64,000 nt of DNA from positions 1,344,001 to 1,408,000 of the forward strand of contig OZ242358.1 of NCBI GenBank assembly GCA_965208835.1, read 5' to 3'. The DNA is from Candidatus Latescibacterota bacterium. Its GTDB lineage: Bacteria; Latescibacterota; UBA2968; GCA-2709665. Below, piece after piece: positions 19,486 to 29,076 of this stretch (its first letter is position 1; the number at the start of each line of letters is the position of its first letter). A program made the position numbers and the translations under genes. The notes beneath the pieces were generated by a model. It made no database searches. It had not been told where the DNA came from and saw only the letters and a list, made by a program, of their open reading frames with translations.

Positions 19486-21270
19486 TTAGTGTCGAGGATA
19501 AAGGTCCAATGCCTGGTTCCAGTCGGCAACCTGCTCGACCGCGTCCCCATCGGAAAACGGAAGCGGCCGTCCGCGCCCGTCGAGAATCAAACCGGCCGCG
19601 CCGCCTCTCACGGTACGGCGAATCGACTGGCCCGCCCCCGCCCCTGCGTCCCAGCCCGATTCGGGATGCAGGCTGACGTCGACCTCCTGGTCGGGGCCCG
19701 CGTGGAACAGATGGATGGATCCGACTTTCAGTTCGCCGGACTCTGTGCCGTCCGGAAGCGCAATTTCGTACGTGGCGCAGACTTCGCCCGGTTTTCCCTG
19801 CCCGGAAGGCGCAATGCAGGTGCCCAGATCGACCAGGCAGTCCCGTTCGAAGACTTCGGCGGCGGCCTGTTCATTGACGCTTGTCAGGACGCCCAGGTGG
19901 GGCATCATGAATATGCTGTCAACGGCCAGCCTCGTGAAACCCTGTGGCTGGAAGGCGTCGATGAGCATGGCGGCCGACTGCGCGCGCCGGGGCGCGTGGG
20001 AAAGTACGCCTCCGCTGCCCACGAGCAGGTCCAGGTCCGGCATGTGAATCAGGCTTTCGCCCGCGGCGGTCTGATCGAAAGCGTCGGAAAGGGTGCGTTC
20101 CGTCTGCACGCCTTTAAGGCCTACGGCCAGGGCCCGGTGCTGCTCGAACGCCAGGCGCAATGCCTCGCGGGCGATGGCCTGCTCGAGCTGCAGCTCCTCA
20201 AGCGTCTGGGGCACGGTGGTCGGACGGATCATCTTGTTCTTGACGCGGTCTCTGAGGTCGGCCTCTTCGATTTCAAATGGGACCCAGCGCATCACGTTCG
20301 GCAGGCCTGCTTCCGCCAGAACGTTCGAGATGCTGTACGACATACCCAGATTGGCGCTCACGGTACGATTGAATCGATCCCCGAACACGCTGAAGACATC
20401 GGTGGTCGCCCCGCCGATGTCCACACCCACGACGTTGATGTCGCGACGCCGGGCCACGGTCTGAATGAGCAGGCCGACCGCGCCGGGCGTTGGCATAATG
20501 GGGGCACCCGTCCATTCCATCAGCTTACGGTATCCGGGCGCCTGCGCCATCACATGTTCAAGGAAGAGGTCGTGGATCACCTGCCGCGCCGGTCCCAGGT
20601 TCTCGCGTTCGAGTTGAGGGCGGATATTGTCGGTGGTTTTCAGCGCGGTTTTTTCGCCCAGGACCTGTTGAACGTCCTCACGTGCGTCGGTGTTTCCGGC
20701 GTAGATCACCGGAAGCCGGAATCCGGCGCCGAACCTCGGTCTGGGGTCCGCCGCGGCGATGAATTCCGCCAGTTCCACCACGTGGCTCACGGTACCGCCG
20801 TCCGTTCCACCTGACAGGAGCACCATGTCGGGACGCAAGTGGCGGATGCGCTCGATCTTCTGGTGGGGCAGGCGACCGTCGTTGGAAGCGAGGACGTCCA
20901 TGACAATGGCGCCGGCGCCCAGGGCAGTACGCTGGGCGCTTTCGCCGGTCATCGCCTGGACAACGCCGCCTACCATCATCTGAAGGCCGCCTCCGGCGCT
21001 GCTTGTGGACACATAAATGTCAACGCCCCGGCCGTCTGCCGCGGGCGTAATAATGCGTTCGCCATCAAGGATGACGCGCCCGGAGAGTTCCTCGACTTCC
21101 TGGATGGCGTTGAGCACGCCCCGGGTAACGTCTTCAAACGGAGCTTCGACCGTGGTTGGCGCCTCGCCGCGACAGGTCTGCCGGTAGCATTCCTCTTCTT
21201 TCTCGATAAGAATGGCCTTGGTGGTCGTGCTGCCGCAGTCCGTTGCGATGATGACGTCCGGTCTATCCAT
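19486..21270 (-). CDS. glutamate mutase L (GlmL/MutL)-like ASKHA ATPase
   Basis: ATDCGSTTTK, TSSAGGGL, GGTDGG, IMPTPGAV, VDIGGATTDVFS, GSGGVLSH. Confidence 0.85.
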   Translation of the reverse strand: MDRPDVIIATDCGSTTTKAILIEKEEECYRQTCRGEAPTTVEAPFEDVTRGVLNAIQEVEELSGRVILDGERIITPAADGRGVDIYVSTSSAGGGLQMMVGGVVQAMTGESAQRTALGAGAIVMDVLASNDGRLPHQKIERIRHLRPDMVLLSGGTDGGTVSHVVELAEFIAAADPRPRFGAGFRLPVIYAGNTDAREDVQQVLGEKTALKTTDNIRPQLERENLGPARQVIHDLFLEHVMAQAPGYRKLMEWTGAPIMPTPGAVGLLIQTVARRRDINVVGVDIGGATTDVFSVFGDRFNRTVSANLGMSYSISNVLAEAGLPNVMRWVPFEIEEADLRDRVKNKMIRPTTVPQTLEELQLEQAIAREALRLAFEQHRALAVGLKGVQTERTLSDAFDQTAAGESLIHMPDLDLLVGSGGVLSHAPRRAQSAAMLIDAFQPQGFTRLAVDSIFMMPHLGVLTSVNEQAAAEVFERDCLVDLGTCIAPSGQGKPGEVCATYEIALPDGTESGELKVGSIHLFHAGPDQEVDVSLHPESGWDAGAGAGQSIRRTVRGGAAGLILDGRGRPLPFSDGDAVEQVADWNQALDLYPRH

Positions 21271-21610
21271 TCAGTCGGTTTTCCGTCTCCACAAGTGTAT
21301 CGATCAGTGCCTGGACACTCTGCCGTTTCTCCAGAAAACGCACGAATCGACCGTATTCCGCGCCTGAGAAGATAAGGGTGACGAAGGGAGAAAGAAAAGT
21401 CAAAAACTGACTGCCTATAAAGTTGAACGGCCGGCCTGCTTCCAGCACCATCAACGCCGGTGTGGTCATTTGCCGGCGAACCACGAATTCCGCCAACTTG
21501 GCAGCCAGAGCACGTTCTTCCTCCGTGATTCGGCTCTCCGGAGGGTTGACGGCGAAAGCGTGTTCGCACCAGGTCCTAAGACGCTGCATCCGCGAGGCGG
21601 GTCTGGACAT
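21263..21610 (-). CDS. conserved hypothetical protein
   Basis: ATG 21610; LAEFVVRRQMTTPALMVLEAGRPFNFIGSQFL; stop overlaps start of GlmL-like gene. Confidence 0.65.
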   Translation of the reverse strand: MSRPASRMQRLRTWCEHAFAVNPPESRITEEERALAAKLAEFVVRRQMTTPALMVLEAGRPFNFIGSQFLTFLSPFVTLIFSGAEYGRFVRFLEKRQSVQALIDTLVETENRLNG

Positions 21611-22016
21611 ACTCGATGATTTCCTCCCGATTGTCTCGAAGGCGCAGGAAACAGCCTCGAAACGGATCGAGCCGGTGAGGATGGGCGAACGGGCTGAGAA
21701 AAACGCCATCCGTGACAACGGCATGCCGGCGAATCCGGTTCCACGGAATTGTCCGCCGCGCGCCAAGGTGCGCTATCACGACATGCTTCTCCAGGAGTGC
21801 GTATCGTGTGGGGAGAAAGTAACGGGACATGGATGCCGTGAGGAGCGCTGCCGAAAGAAAACCGTACGCCGGCATGCTGAATTCAATGGCGATCAGTACC
21901 GATAGCCCCAGAATGACCACGATGAGCAGGCCCGTCTTGGCCGGCGGTTCTTCCAGGAGGGGATGGACCGACCAGCGGAGTTCAGATGCCGATTCGTGCG
22001 TCGTCGGTTTGTCCAT
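21576..22016 (-). CDS. hypothetical membrane protein (two TM + PH-like soluble part)
   Basis: WSVHP, two hydrophobic helices, YFLPTRY, GVFLSPF; operonic overlap. Confidence 0.65.
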   Translation of the reverse strand: MDKPTTHESASELRWSVHPLLEEPPAKTGLLIVVILGLSVLIAIEFSMPAYGFLSAALLTASMSRYFLPTRYALLEKHVVIAHLGARRTIPWNRIRRHAVVTDGVFLSPFAHPHRLDPFRGCFLRLRDNREEIIEYVQTRLADAAS

Positions 22017-22068
22017 GCTTTCCGTGAGTCGGCAAGGAGACGGCCAGGCTGATTCTTCTAAATTGAAG

Positions 22069-22944
22069 TTATATAATGCGGCGGACGACGCGGGGTTGGC
22101 GCTTGCCGCCTCCGAGGTTCCAGGATTCCGTGCCGTACTTGGTTTCAGCGAGATGTTCGGCGCAGGCGGTTTCCTCGCGAGACAACGTCGATTCGGTCAG
22201 GGTGATGTCGAGGGTCTCTTCAAAACCGTCACGCAGGGCGTGCGCCACGGTGTGGAAGTCTGCCGGGCGGCCCGCTTCCGAAAGGGAGACGGTGTGCCGA
22301 TCCAGTTCACGACGAAAGCGTTCCTTCAGGAGCTGACGGCGGTCCGGCATGAGATCGATGAGATGCTTGTGTTCCGGGCCCAGAAGAAGCGAGCCGTGTT
22401 GAAGCAGCACGCCGCCCAGGCGTCGCTGGGCGCTGCCTATGATTTTCCTGTCTGCGATCGTTACCTCGTATTGCGTAGTACTTGAAAAACAGGGTGAAGT
22501 GAGACCCTCTCCACGGGGAGACGAAGCGGGATTGCGTCGCGGCTCGAATCGGGCGGCCACGCCGAGGAGTTGCAGGCTTGCAACCAGGCAGGCGCTGATC
22601 TTTCGGTAGGACTCCTGAATGGAGCCGCCCAGCAGCGGGTCGTCGGTGCGGCAGGTGACGCTGTATGTGAGTTCGTTCCAGTGGAGGACGGCGCGCCCGC
22701 CGCTGGGCCGGCGGACAAGCTGAATGCCACGCTCCCGGCATCGATCCGCGTCGACTTCGCGAGCGATCCGCTGGGCATAGCCGAAAGAGACGGCGGGGGG
22801 CGTCCAGCTGAACGTCCGGACCGTGGGCGGCGCGGTATCCTCCTCAACGCCCCGCACGATGGCTTCGTCCACGGCCATATTGAAAAAGGCGTTTCCCGAC
22901 CCGGTGTTCAGGAAACGCCACGGACGCGATCCGGTCTTCCGCAT
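22069..22944 (-). CDS. lipoate-protein ligase family (LipM-like octanoyltransferase)
   Basis: NMAVDEA, VRRPSGGRAVLH, ELTYS, RKIIGSAQ, LQHGS. Confidence 0.88.
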   Translation of the reverse strand: MRKTGSRPWRFLNTGSGNAFFNMAVDEAIVRGVEEDTAPPTVRTFSWTPPAVSFGYAQRIAREVDADRCRERGIQLVRRPSGGRAVLHWNELTYSVTCRTDDPLLGGSIQESYRKISACLVASLQLLGVAARFEPRRNPASSPRGEGLTSPCFSSTTQYEVTIADRKIIGSAQRRLGGVLLQHGSLLLGPEHKHLIDLMPDRRQLLKERFRRELDRHTVSLSEAGRPADFHTVAHALRDGFEETLDITLTESTLSREETACAEHLAETKYGTESWNLGGGKRQPRVVRRII

Positions 22945-22947
22945 GAA

Positions 22948-23706
22948 TCACGAGACTCCAAGCTTTTGCAACGCCTCTTTCGCCGCCATCTGTTGCGCTT
23001 CTTTCTTGCTGCGTCCCTTTCCGAAGCCCATTCGTTCGCCGCCGATCAACACTTCGACGCTGAACGTCTTGTGGTGGTCCGGCCCCTCTTCCGAACTGAC
23101 CAGGTAACGGGGGTGTCCCCGGCCTACGCCCTGCGTATGCTCGAGGAGGACGCTCTTGAAATTGAGGTAGCTGTTGTTGGCGACAATAGCCTCGATGTTG
23201 CTCATGAGGTGGCGCTGTACGAATGCGTCCGCGGCCTTGAGACCGCCGTCGAGATAAACCGCGCCGAGAATAGCCTCGAAGGCATCTCCGATGATCGATG
23301 TCCGGTCTCTTCCTCCCGCCAGATCCTCTTCTCTGCTGAGCAGGATGTGGTGACCGAGTCCGATCTCGTGGCCTCGCTGCGCGAGAATGACTTTGCTGAC
23401 GAGTACTGACTTGATTTGAGTGAGGTCGCCCTCACGTTTGTTCCGGAATTTCCGATAAAGGTTCTCCGTGACCAGCAGGTCCAGTACGGCGTCACCGAGA
23501 AACTCGAGCCGCTCGTTCGATGCAATGCTCCCTTCGTCAGCGGCGTAGGCGTAGGAGCGGTGTTTGATCGCCTGGACCAGGAGGTCGGGATCCGAAAAAC
23601 AGTAGCCGAGTTTTTCCTGGAGGCTTTCCGGGGTATACGCTTCCCGGTCGCGCCCGAGCCATCGTGCAACCGCACGTCGAATTCTGACAAGTCCGATAAG
23701 CTTCAC
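22948..23706 (-). CDS. rnc: ribonuclease III
   Basis: NERLEFLGDAVL, DAFEAILGAVYLDGG, dsRBD GRSKKEAQQMAA; start (GTG 23706) approximate. Confidence 0.95.
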   Translation of the reverse strand: MKLIGLVRIRRAVARWLGRDREAYTPESLQEKLGYCFSDPDLLVQAIKHRSYAYAADEGSIASNERLEFLGDAVLDLLVTENLYRKFRNKREGDLTQIKSVLVSKVILAQRGHEIGLGHHILLSREEDLAGGRDRTSIIGDAFEAILGAVYLDGGLKAADAFVQRHLMSNIEAIVANNSYLNFKSVLLEHTQGVGRGHPRYLVSSEEGPDHHKTFSVEVLIGGERMGFGKGRSKKEAQQMAAKEALQKLGVS

Positions 23707-23891
23707 CCTGCGGGAATGGAGGTTGTACTCGGCCGTGAAACAAACTGACAAGCCGTCTGCATTCCGCCGTGACGGTGGCGTCCGACGTCCGCCCGGCGAG
23801 TCTGCAGGCTTGTGCGCCATTCGGACCGGCTCTGCGTCCGACAGCACGCCAACAAACTTACGATGTCGTCACAGCCGGGGAAGTCGGGAAC

Positions 23892-24044
23892 TAACAGCCC
23901 GTTGAAAAAGACCATCCGGGCTGCGGCCGGCCCTTGCGGTCGAAATACTGCGTTGCGCGCCTTGTCTTCGGCCGCGATGGCAATCTATTTCCGGGTCGGG
24001 ACACCATACCTCGCCTGCTGAGCGACTTTATCAACGGACTGCTA
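23892..24044. mobile_element. MITE-like element (family C) with about 19 bp terminal inverted repeats
   Basis: Left TAACAGCCCGTTGAAAAAG; right end reverse complement TAGCAGTCCGTTGATAAAG; no convincing ORF inside. Confidence 0.7.
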
Positions 24045-25295
24045 TCGGCCGTTGTACTCACGCATTGCGAGTACCGCGTTGTGTCCGCCGAATCCGAAGG
24101 AGTTGTTCAAGGCCACGCTGACGGGCATTTCCCGTGCCGTGTTGGGCACGTAGTCCAGGTCGCACTCCGGGTCCGGATGTTCGTAGTTGATGGTGGGTGG
24201 TACCCGGCCGTGATGGATGGCCAGGAGGCAGGCGATGCTTTCGATTGCGCCGGAGGCGCCCAGCAGATGGCCCGTCATGGACTTCGTGGAACTGACCGCG
24301 ACCTCTCTCGCATGATTCCCCAGGACGGACTTAATGGCGGCGGTTTCGGTCCGGTCGCCGATCGGTGTGGAGGTTCCGTGGGCATTGATGTAGTTTACGT
24401 CCTCCGGGTTCAGCCCTGCCTGGTTCAGGGCGATCCTCATCGCCCGGGCGCCGCCCTCGCCGCCCGGGGCCATGTCGGTGACGTGGTACGCGTCGGCGGT
24501 AAAACCCGCACCGGCAATCTCGGCGTATATCCGAGCGCCCCGCCGCCGTGCGTGCTGCAGTTCTTCGAGTATGAGCGCCCCGCAGCCCTCGCCAAGTACG
24601 AATCCGTCGCGCTCAAGGTCGAAGGGGCGGCTGGCACCCTGCGGATCCTCGTTGCGCGTGGAAAGCGCCTTCATCGAAGCGAAACCCCCAAGCGACATCG
24701 CGCTGACGGCCGCTTCGGCGCCACCGGTGACCATGACGTCGGCTTCGTTGTGCCTGATCTCTCTGAAGGCGCATCCTATCGCATGCGCGGCGGAGGAACA
24801 GGCGGAAACGGTGGTATAGTTCGGCCCTCTGGCGCCGAGCAGGATGGAAACCTGCCCCGACGTCATGTCGGGAATCATCATGGGGATGAAGAATGGGCTG
24901 ATCCTCCGTGCGCCCTTCTCAAGGAGGACGGTGTGTTGATCTTCGAAGGTCCAGATACCGCCGATGCCCGAGCCGAAAATCACGCCCATCCGGTCGGGGT
25001 TCCCCGCATCCACGTCCAGATCTGCGTCAGTGACAGCCATCTGCGCGCAACAGATGGCATATTGGGTGCACAGATCGTTGCGCCTCGCCATCCTGCGGTC
25101 GAGACCGAACCGCTCTGCGTCGAAATCCTTCAATTCGGCTCCGAACGTAACCCGGAATCCCGTCGTATCGAATCGGCGGATGTGATCGACGCCGCTTTCC
25201 CCGTTGAGCAGCGCCTCCCAACAGGTATCGGTGTTCAATCCGTTCGGCGCGAGGACGCCGAGGCCCGTCACTACGACCCTTCGGTTTCCATTCAA
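24042..25295 (-). CDS. fabF: 3-oxoacyl-ACP synthase II
   Basis: RRVVVTGLG, SACSS, INAHGTST, KSMTGHLLGA, NSFGFGGHN; start (TTG 25295) approximate. Confidence 0.95.
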   Translation of the reverse strand: MNGNRRVVVTGLGVLAPNGLNTDTCWEALLNGESGVDHIRRFDTTGFRVTFGAELKDFDAERFGLDRRMARRNDLCTQYAICCAQMAVTDADLDVDAGNPDRMGVIFGSGIGGIWTFEDQHTVLLEKGARRISPFFIPMMIPDMTSGQVSILLGARGPNYTTVSACSSAAHAIGCAFREIRHNEADVMVTGGAEAAVSAMSLGGFASMKALSTRNEDPQGASRPFDLERDGFVLGEGCGALILEELQHARRRGARIYAEIAGAGFTADAYHVTDMAPGGEGGARAMRIALNQAGLNPEDVNYINAHGTSTPIGDRTETAAIKSVLGNHAREVAVSSTKSMTGHLLGASGAIESIACLLAIHHGRVPPTINYEHPDPECDLDYVPNTAREMPVSVALNNSFGFGGHNAVLAMREYNGR

Positions 25296-25418
25296 GGGCA
25301 CCTTCTCCCGCGTATCGGTGTTTGCATCGGCGCAGTGTTGCGACGGTATCGAATTCTCCGCGCCAGGTTCACGATCCGGACGCCGACGCGCTGACCGTGA
25401 CGCCAACTGCCCGGCAGG

Positions 25419-25661
25419 CTATTCACTCAGGCGCTGCTTGAGATAATCCGTGACGTCGCTTACGGTCTCCAGCTTCTCGGCGTCTTCATCGGGAACTTCC
25501 ATGTCGAATTCCTCTTCGAAGGCCATCACCAGTTCGACCGTGTCGAGAGAATCCGCACCAAGATCATCTATGAAATGGGCTTGCGGGGTTACGCTGTCGG
25601 CATCCACGCCCAACTGGTCAACGATGAGATCGACGACTTTTTGCTGAATATCTTCAGCCAT
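25419..25661 (-). CDS. acpP: acyl carrier protein
   Basis: [20 protein letters not shown]. Confidence 0.97.
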   Translation of the reverse strand: MAEDIQQKVVDLIVDQLGVDADSVTPQAHFIDDLGADSLDTVELVMAFEEEFDMEVPDEDAEKLETVSDVTDYLKQRLSE

Positions 25662-25759
25662 GGCTACTATCTCCCTTTCTTATTGCGAACCGCGAGTCAC
25701 GGAGTACAGCCCGGCGCAACGCTCCTTTCACGCCTGTCGCCAGACGGTTCACGATTGAC

Positions 25760-26506
25760 TTACATAACCATCCCTCCGTCCACAACCAGGACCTGCCCGG
25801 TGATATAGGCAGCGTCGCCGGAGGCCAGAAACGCGACCGCCGCCGCTATATCATCGGGACTTCCCGGCGTGCCCAGGGGAACCTGTTCAAGAATCTTCTC
25901 TTTGAGTCCTTCCGGGAGTTTTTCCGTCATTTCGGTGGGGATATATCCGGGCGCGACCACATTGGCGGTGATCTTCCTGCTCGCCAGCTCTTTGGCGGCG
26001 GTCTTTGTGAGGCCGATAAGCCCGGATTTCGCCGCCGTGTACCCTGCCTGTCCGGGGTTTCCCATCAACCCCGTAACGGATGAGATATTGATGATCCGTC
26101 CGGACCGCGCCCGCATCATCGGTCTTACGGCGGCCTGCATACACAGAAATGCGCCCTTGAGATTGACGTCGAGGACGGCGTCCCAGTCTCCCGGTTTCAG
26201 TCGCATCAGCAAACCGTCGCGGGCAATTCCTGCATTGTTGACCAGAATATCCAGCCCGCCCCAGCGGTCCAGGACGGTCTTGAAAAGCTCGCTGACGTCG
26301 GTGGCGTTTGAAACGTCCGCCTGAAGCGCAAGCGCGCTCCCGCCGCGGCTCTCGATGGCCTCAGCCACCGCCTGTGCACGGTCGAGGCTCCGGCTGGCGC
26401 ACACCGCCACCCTGGCGCCTTCTTCGGCCAGCCGGTTGGCGATGGCCGCGCCGATGCCGCGGGATCCGCCCGTGACAATCGCGGTCTTGTTTTTAAGGCG
26501 ATTCAT
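25760..26506 (-). CDS. fabG: 3-oxoacyl-ACP reductase
   Basis: TGGSRGIG, NNAGIARD, YTAAK, GQVLVVDGGM; fab context. Confidence 0.95.
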   Translation of the reverse strand: MNRLKNKTAIVTGGSRGIGAAIANRLAEEGARVAVCASRSLDRAQAVAEAIESRGGSALALQADVSNATDVSELFKTVLDRWGGLDILVNNAGIARDGLLMRLKPGDWDAVLDVNLKGAFLCMQAAVRPMMRARSGRIINISSVTGLMGNPGQAGYTAAKSGLIGLTKTAAKELASRKITANVVAPGYIPTEMTEKLPEGLKEKILEQVPLGTPGSPDDIAAAVAFLASGDAAYITGQVLVVDGGMVM

Positions 26507-27423
26507 ACCGTAAGACTATCCAGGTCCTTTAGAGTTCCTGCAGACGACACGGCGACGCTCCTGTCGATGCGTCGCATCAGGGCGTTCAACGTGTTTCCCG
26601 GTCCGGCTTCGATCGCACGGTCGACGCCTTCCGAAACGAGCCGCGCCATTGAATCCGTCCATCGGACCGGAGAGACAATCTGTCTGATCAGAAGGTCCTT
26701 GAGCAGGTCCGGATCGGTCGTGGGTTCCGCCGTCGTGTTCGGCACCACCGGGATGCGCGCCGGCGAGAACGGAACATTTGCAAGGGCGCCTTCAAGGGTG
26801 CCGAGGGCGGACTGCATCAGGCCCGAGTGAAAGGCGCCGCTGACCTGGAGTTCCACAACCCTCCTGGCGCCCTCGTCGGATGCGCTGCCCATGGCCCGCT
26901 TCACTGCGGTCGGTTCGCCCGAAATGACGACCTGACCGGGGCAGTTGAAGTTTGCGGGCACGACCACGACGCCGGGCCCCAGCGATTCGCAAATATCCAC
27001 GACCGCATTGTCGTTCAGGCCTATAATGGCAGCCATTGTACCGGGGTGCATTTTCCCCGCGGCGTGCATGGCCCGTCCCCGGATGCCCACGATCCGGACA
27101 CCGTCTTCCAGGGACATCACACCGGCGGCGACCAGCGCCGCCAGTTCGCCCACGCTGTGTCCGGCGACGTAATCCGGATGGATGCCCCTGTCTTTCAGGA
27201 TTTTAAATACCGAGATGCTGTGCGCGAAGATGGCCGGCTGCGTGATGGCCGTCTGCTTCAGGGATTCTTCCGGGCCGTCGAAACAGAAGGTCTTCAACCC
27301 GGTCTCGGAGATGCGGTCGGTCAGATTGAATACGTACTGTGCGATCGGTGAGGCGCTGTAAAGATCGCTGGCCATCCCCACGTATTGCGCGCCTTGGCCG
27401 GGGAACAAGAAGGCTAAGGACAT
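26503..27423 (-). CDS. fabD: malonyl-CoA:ACP transacylase
   Basis: FLFPGQGAQ, GHSVGE, ANFNCPGQ, VSGAFHS; ATG 27423. Confidence 0.95.
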   Translation of the reverse strand: MSLAFLFPGQGAQYVGMASDLYSASPIAQYVFNLTDRISETGLKTFCFDGPEESLKQTAITQPAIFAHSISVFKILKDRGIHPDYVAGHSVGELAALVAAGVMSLEDGVRIVGIRGRAMHAAGKMHPGTMAAIIGLNDNAVVDICESLGPGVVVVPANFNCPGQVVISGEPTAVKRAMGSASDEGARRVVELQVSGAFHSGLMQSALGTLEGALANVPFSPARIPVVPNTTAEPTTDPDLLKDLLIRQIVSPVRWTDSMARLVSEGVDRAIEAGPGNTLNALMRRIDRSVAVSSAGTLKDLDSLTV

Positions 27424-27473
27424 AAGGGTCCAGGAACGTATTCGAAGATGATATCCGGCCATCCACTCCGGAA

Positions 27474-27641
27474 TAAGAAGCTGTCTTGAAATTCCCAGCG
27501 GTCTTCGCACGGCTGCAAAAGCGCCGGTCGGCGTTGGTCAAACCGACCCGTATAGACAAATATGGGCCGATTCTCCCGCCTTGACCGCCACTTTTTCGCT
27601 CGTGCTCGGGAACTCACCGGTAATTTCAAAACAGCTTCCAA
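27474..27641. mobile_element. MITE family A, copy 1
   Basis: TIRs TAAGAAGCTGTCTTGAAATT ... AATTTCAAAACAGCTTCCAA; near-identical to 28909-29076. Confidence 0.85.
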
Positions 27642-27646
27642 GGGCA

Positions 27647-28642
27647 TCAGTACGCCCATTTCAGCAGGGCGCTTCCCCAGGTATAGCCGGCCCCGGCGCT
27701 TGACACGACAATGTAGTCGCCCCGCTTAACACGTTCCTGTTCGACTGCTTCGGAAAGTGCGATTGGGATTGTGCCGCAGGTCGTGTTCGCGTATTTGTCG
27801 ATGTTGACCAGTACGCGTTCCGGCGCCAGCTTCATTCGGCGGGCGGTCGCGTCGATGATGCGTTTATTCGCCTGGTGCGGTACCAGCAGGGCGATATCGT
27901 CGCCGCTGAGTCCGTTTCGTTCCAGGAGTTCCGCGGATACCGCGGCCATGCTGCTGCTGGCGAATTTGAGCACGCGAGGCCCGTCCTGGTGAACGTAGTG
28001 CATTTTCTTGTCAACGGTTTCGTGGCTTGCGGGATGCAGACTGCCGCCGGCCGGTTGGCACAGATACTGGCCGCCGGATCCGTCCACGTTCAGGATGAAG
28101 TCCTGGATGCCGGCGCCGGTCTCGTCGGGTTCCAGGAGGACAGCCCCCGCACCGTCCCCGAACAAAACACAGGTCTCCCGGTTGGTGTAGTCGACTACGG
28201 AACTCATTTTATCGGAGCCGATGACCACCACTCTCCTGTGCGCTCCGCTTTCGACAAACTGTCCGCCTACGACCAGGGCGTACAGGAACCCGCAGCATGC
28301 CGCGGAGAGGTCGAACCCCCACGCGTTCCCGGCCCCCACCTCGTGCTGCACCAGGCACGCGGTGGCGGGATACACCATATCCGGCGTTACGGTTGCAACG
28401 ATAATCAGGTCGATTTCACTGGCGTCAAGGCCCTTTTGTTCCAGCAGGGACTCCATTGCCCCGGTGGCCATGTGCGAGGCGCCGAGGCCGTCATCGAGGA
28501 TGCGGCGTTCTGCAATACCCGTTCGTGTTCGAATCCAATCATCCGAGGTATCCACCATCTGTTCCAGGTCGGCATTCGTCAGCCGGCGTTCGGGGAGAAA
28601 GCGGGAGACACCGGTGACGGAAGCTTTGACTCTCTTATTCAT
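27647..28642 (-). CDS. fabH: 3-oxoacyl-ACP synthase III
   Basis: DTSDDWIRTRTGI, AACCGF, FGDGAGA, PHQANKRI, YANT. Confidence 0.95.
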   Translation of the reverse strand: MNKRVKASVTGVSRFLPERRLTNADLEQMVDTSDDWIRTRTGIAERRILDDGLGASHMATGAMESLLEQKGLDASEIDLIIVATVTPDMVYPATACLVQHEVGAGNAWGFDLSAACCGFLYALVVGGQFVESGAHRRVVVIGSDKMSSVVDYTNRETCVLFGDGAGAVLLEPDETGAGIQDFILNVDGSGGQYLCQPAGGSLHPASHETVDKKMHYVHQDGPRVLKFASSSMAAVSAELLERNGLSGDDIALLVPHQANKRIIDATARRMKLAPERVLVNIDKYANTTCGTIPIALSEAVEQERVKRGDYIVVSSAGAGYTWGSALLKWAY

Positions 28643-28698
28643 AGGCAAGGACTGAGATTCAGGGAAAGACGAATGGGCAACGCCGCCGGGTCCGGCAA

Positions 28699-28881
28699 TC
28701 AGACGCTATCACCTTCGGTTACTTCGCGGCCGTTGTATTGTCCGCAGGTGGCGCAGACCCGGTGAGGCCTGTGCGGCTGGCCGCAGACGAGACAATTGGA
28801 GAAAGCCGGTCTCAAGAGCTTCCAGTGGGTCCGTCGCTTGCCGGTTCTGGAATTGGAACTCCTGCGTTTGGGGTGTGCCAT
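28699..28881 (-). CDS. rpmF: 50S ribosomal protein L32
   Basis: MAHPKRRSS, CxxC..HRVCxxCGxY. Confidence 0.95.
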   Translation of the reverse strand: MAHPKRRSSNSRTGKRRTHWKLLRPAFSNCLVCGQPHRPHRVCATCGQYNGREVTEGDSV

Positions 28882-28908
28882 TTTGAAATGCTCCTTCAGG
28901 ATTGGTCT

Positions 28909-29076
28909 ACAGAAGCCGCCTTAAAATTCCCAGCGGTCTTCGCGCGGCTGCAAAAGCGCCGGTCGGCGTTGGTCAAACCCACCCGTATAGATAAATATGG
29001 GTGGGTTTTCCCGCCTTGACCGCCACTTTTTCGCTCGCGCTCGGGAACTCACCGGTAATTTTAAGACTGCTTCTTA
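28909..29076. mobile_element. MITE family A, copy 2
   Basis: AGAAGCCGCCTTAAAATT ... AATTTTAAGACTGCTTCTTA; internal hairpin AAACCCACCC..GGGTGGGTTT. Confidence 0.85.

Noticed and set aside
19486-21270. DNA mismatch repair MutL or a functional glutamate mutase
   Set aside because: Motifs are ASKHA-type (GlmL), not GHKL; no B12-binding subunits in the window.
19393-25394. Long plus-strand ORFs (19393-20814, 23934-25394) and similar shadows elsewhere
   Set aside because: Antisense to well-supported genes; no recognisable domains.
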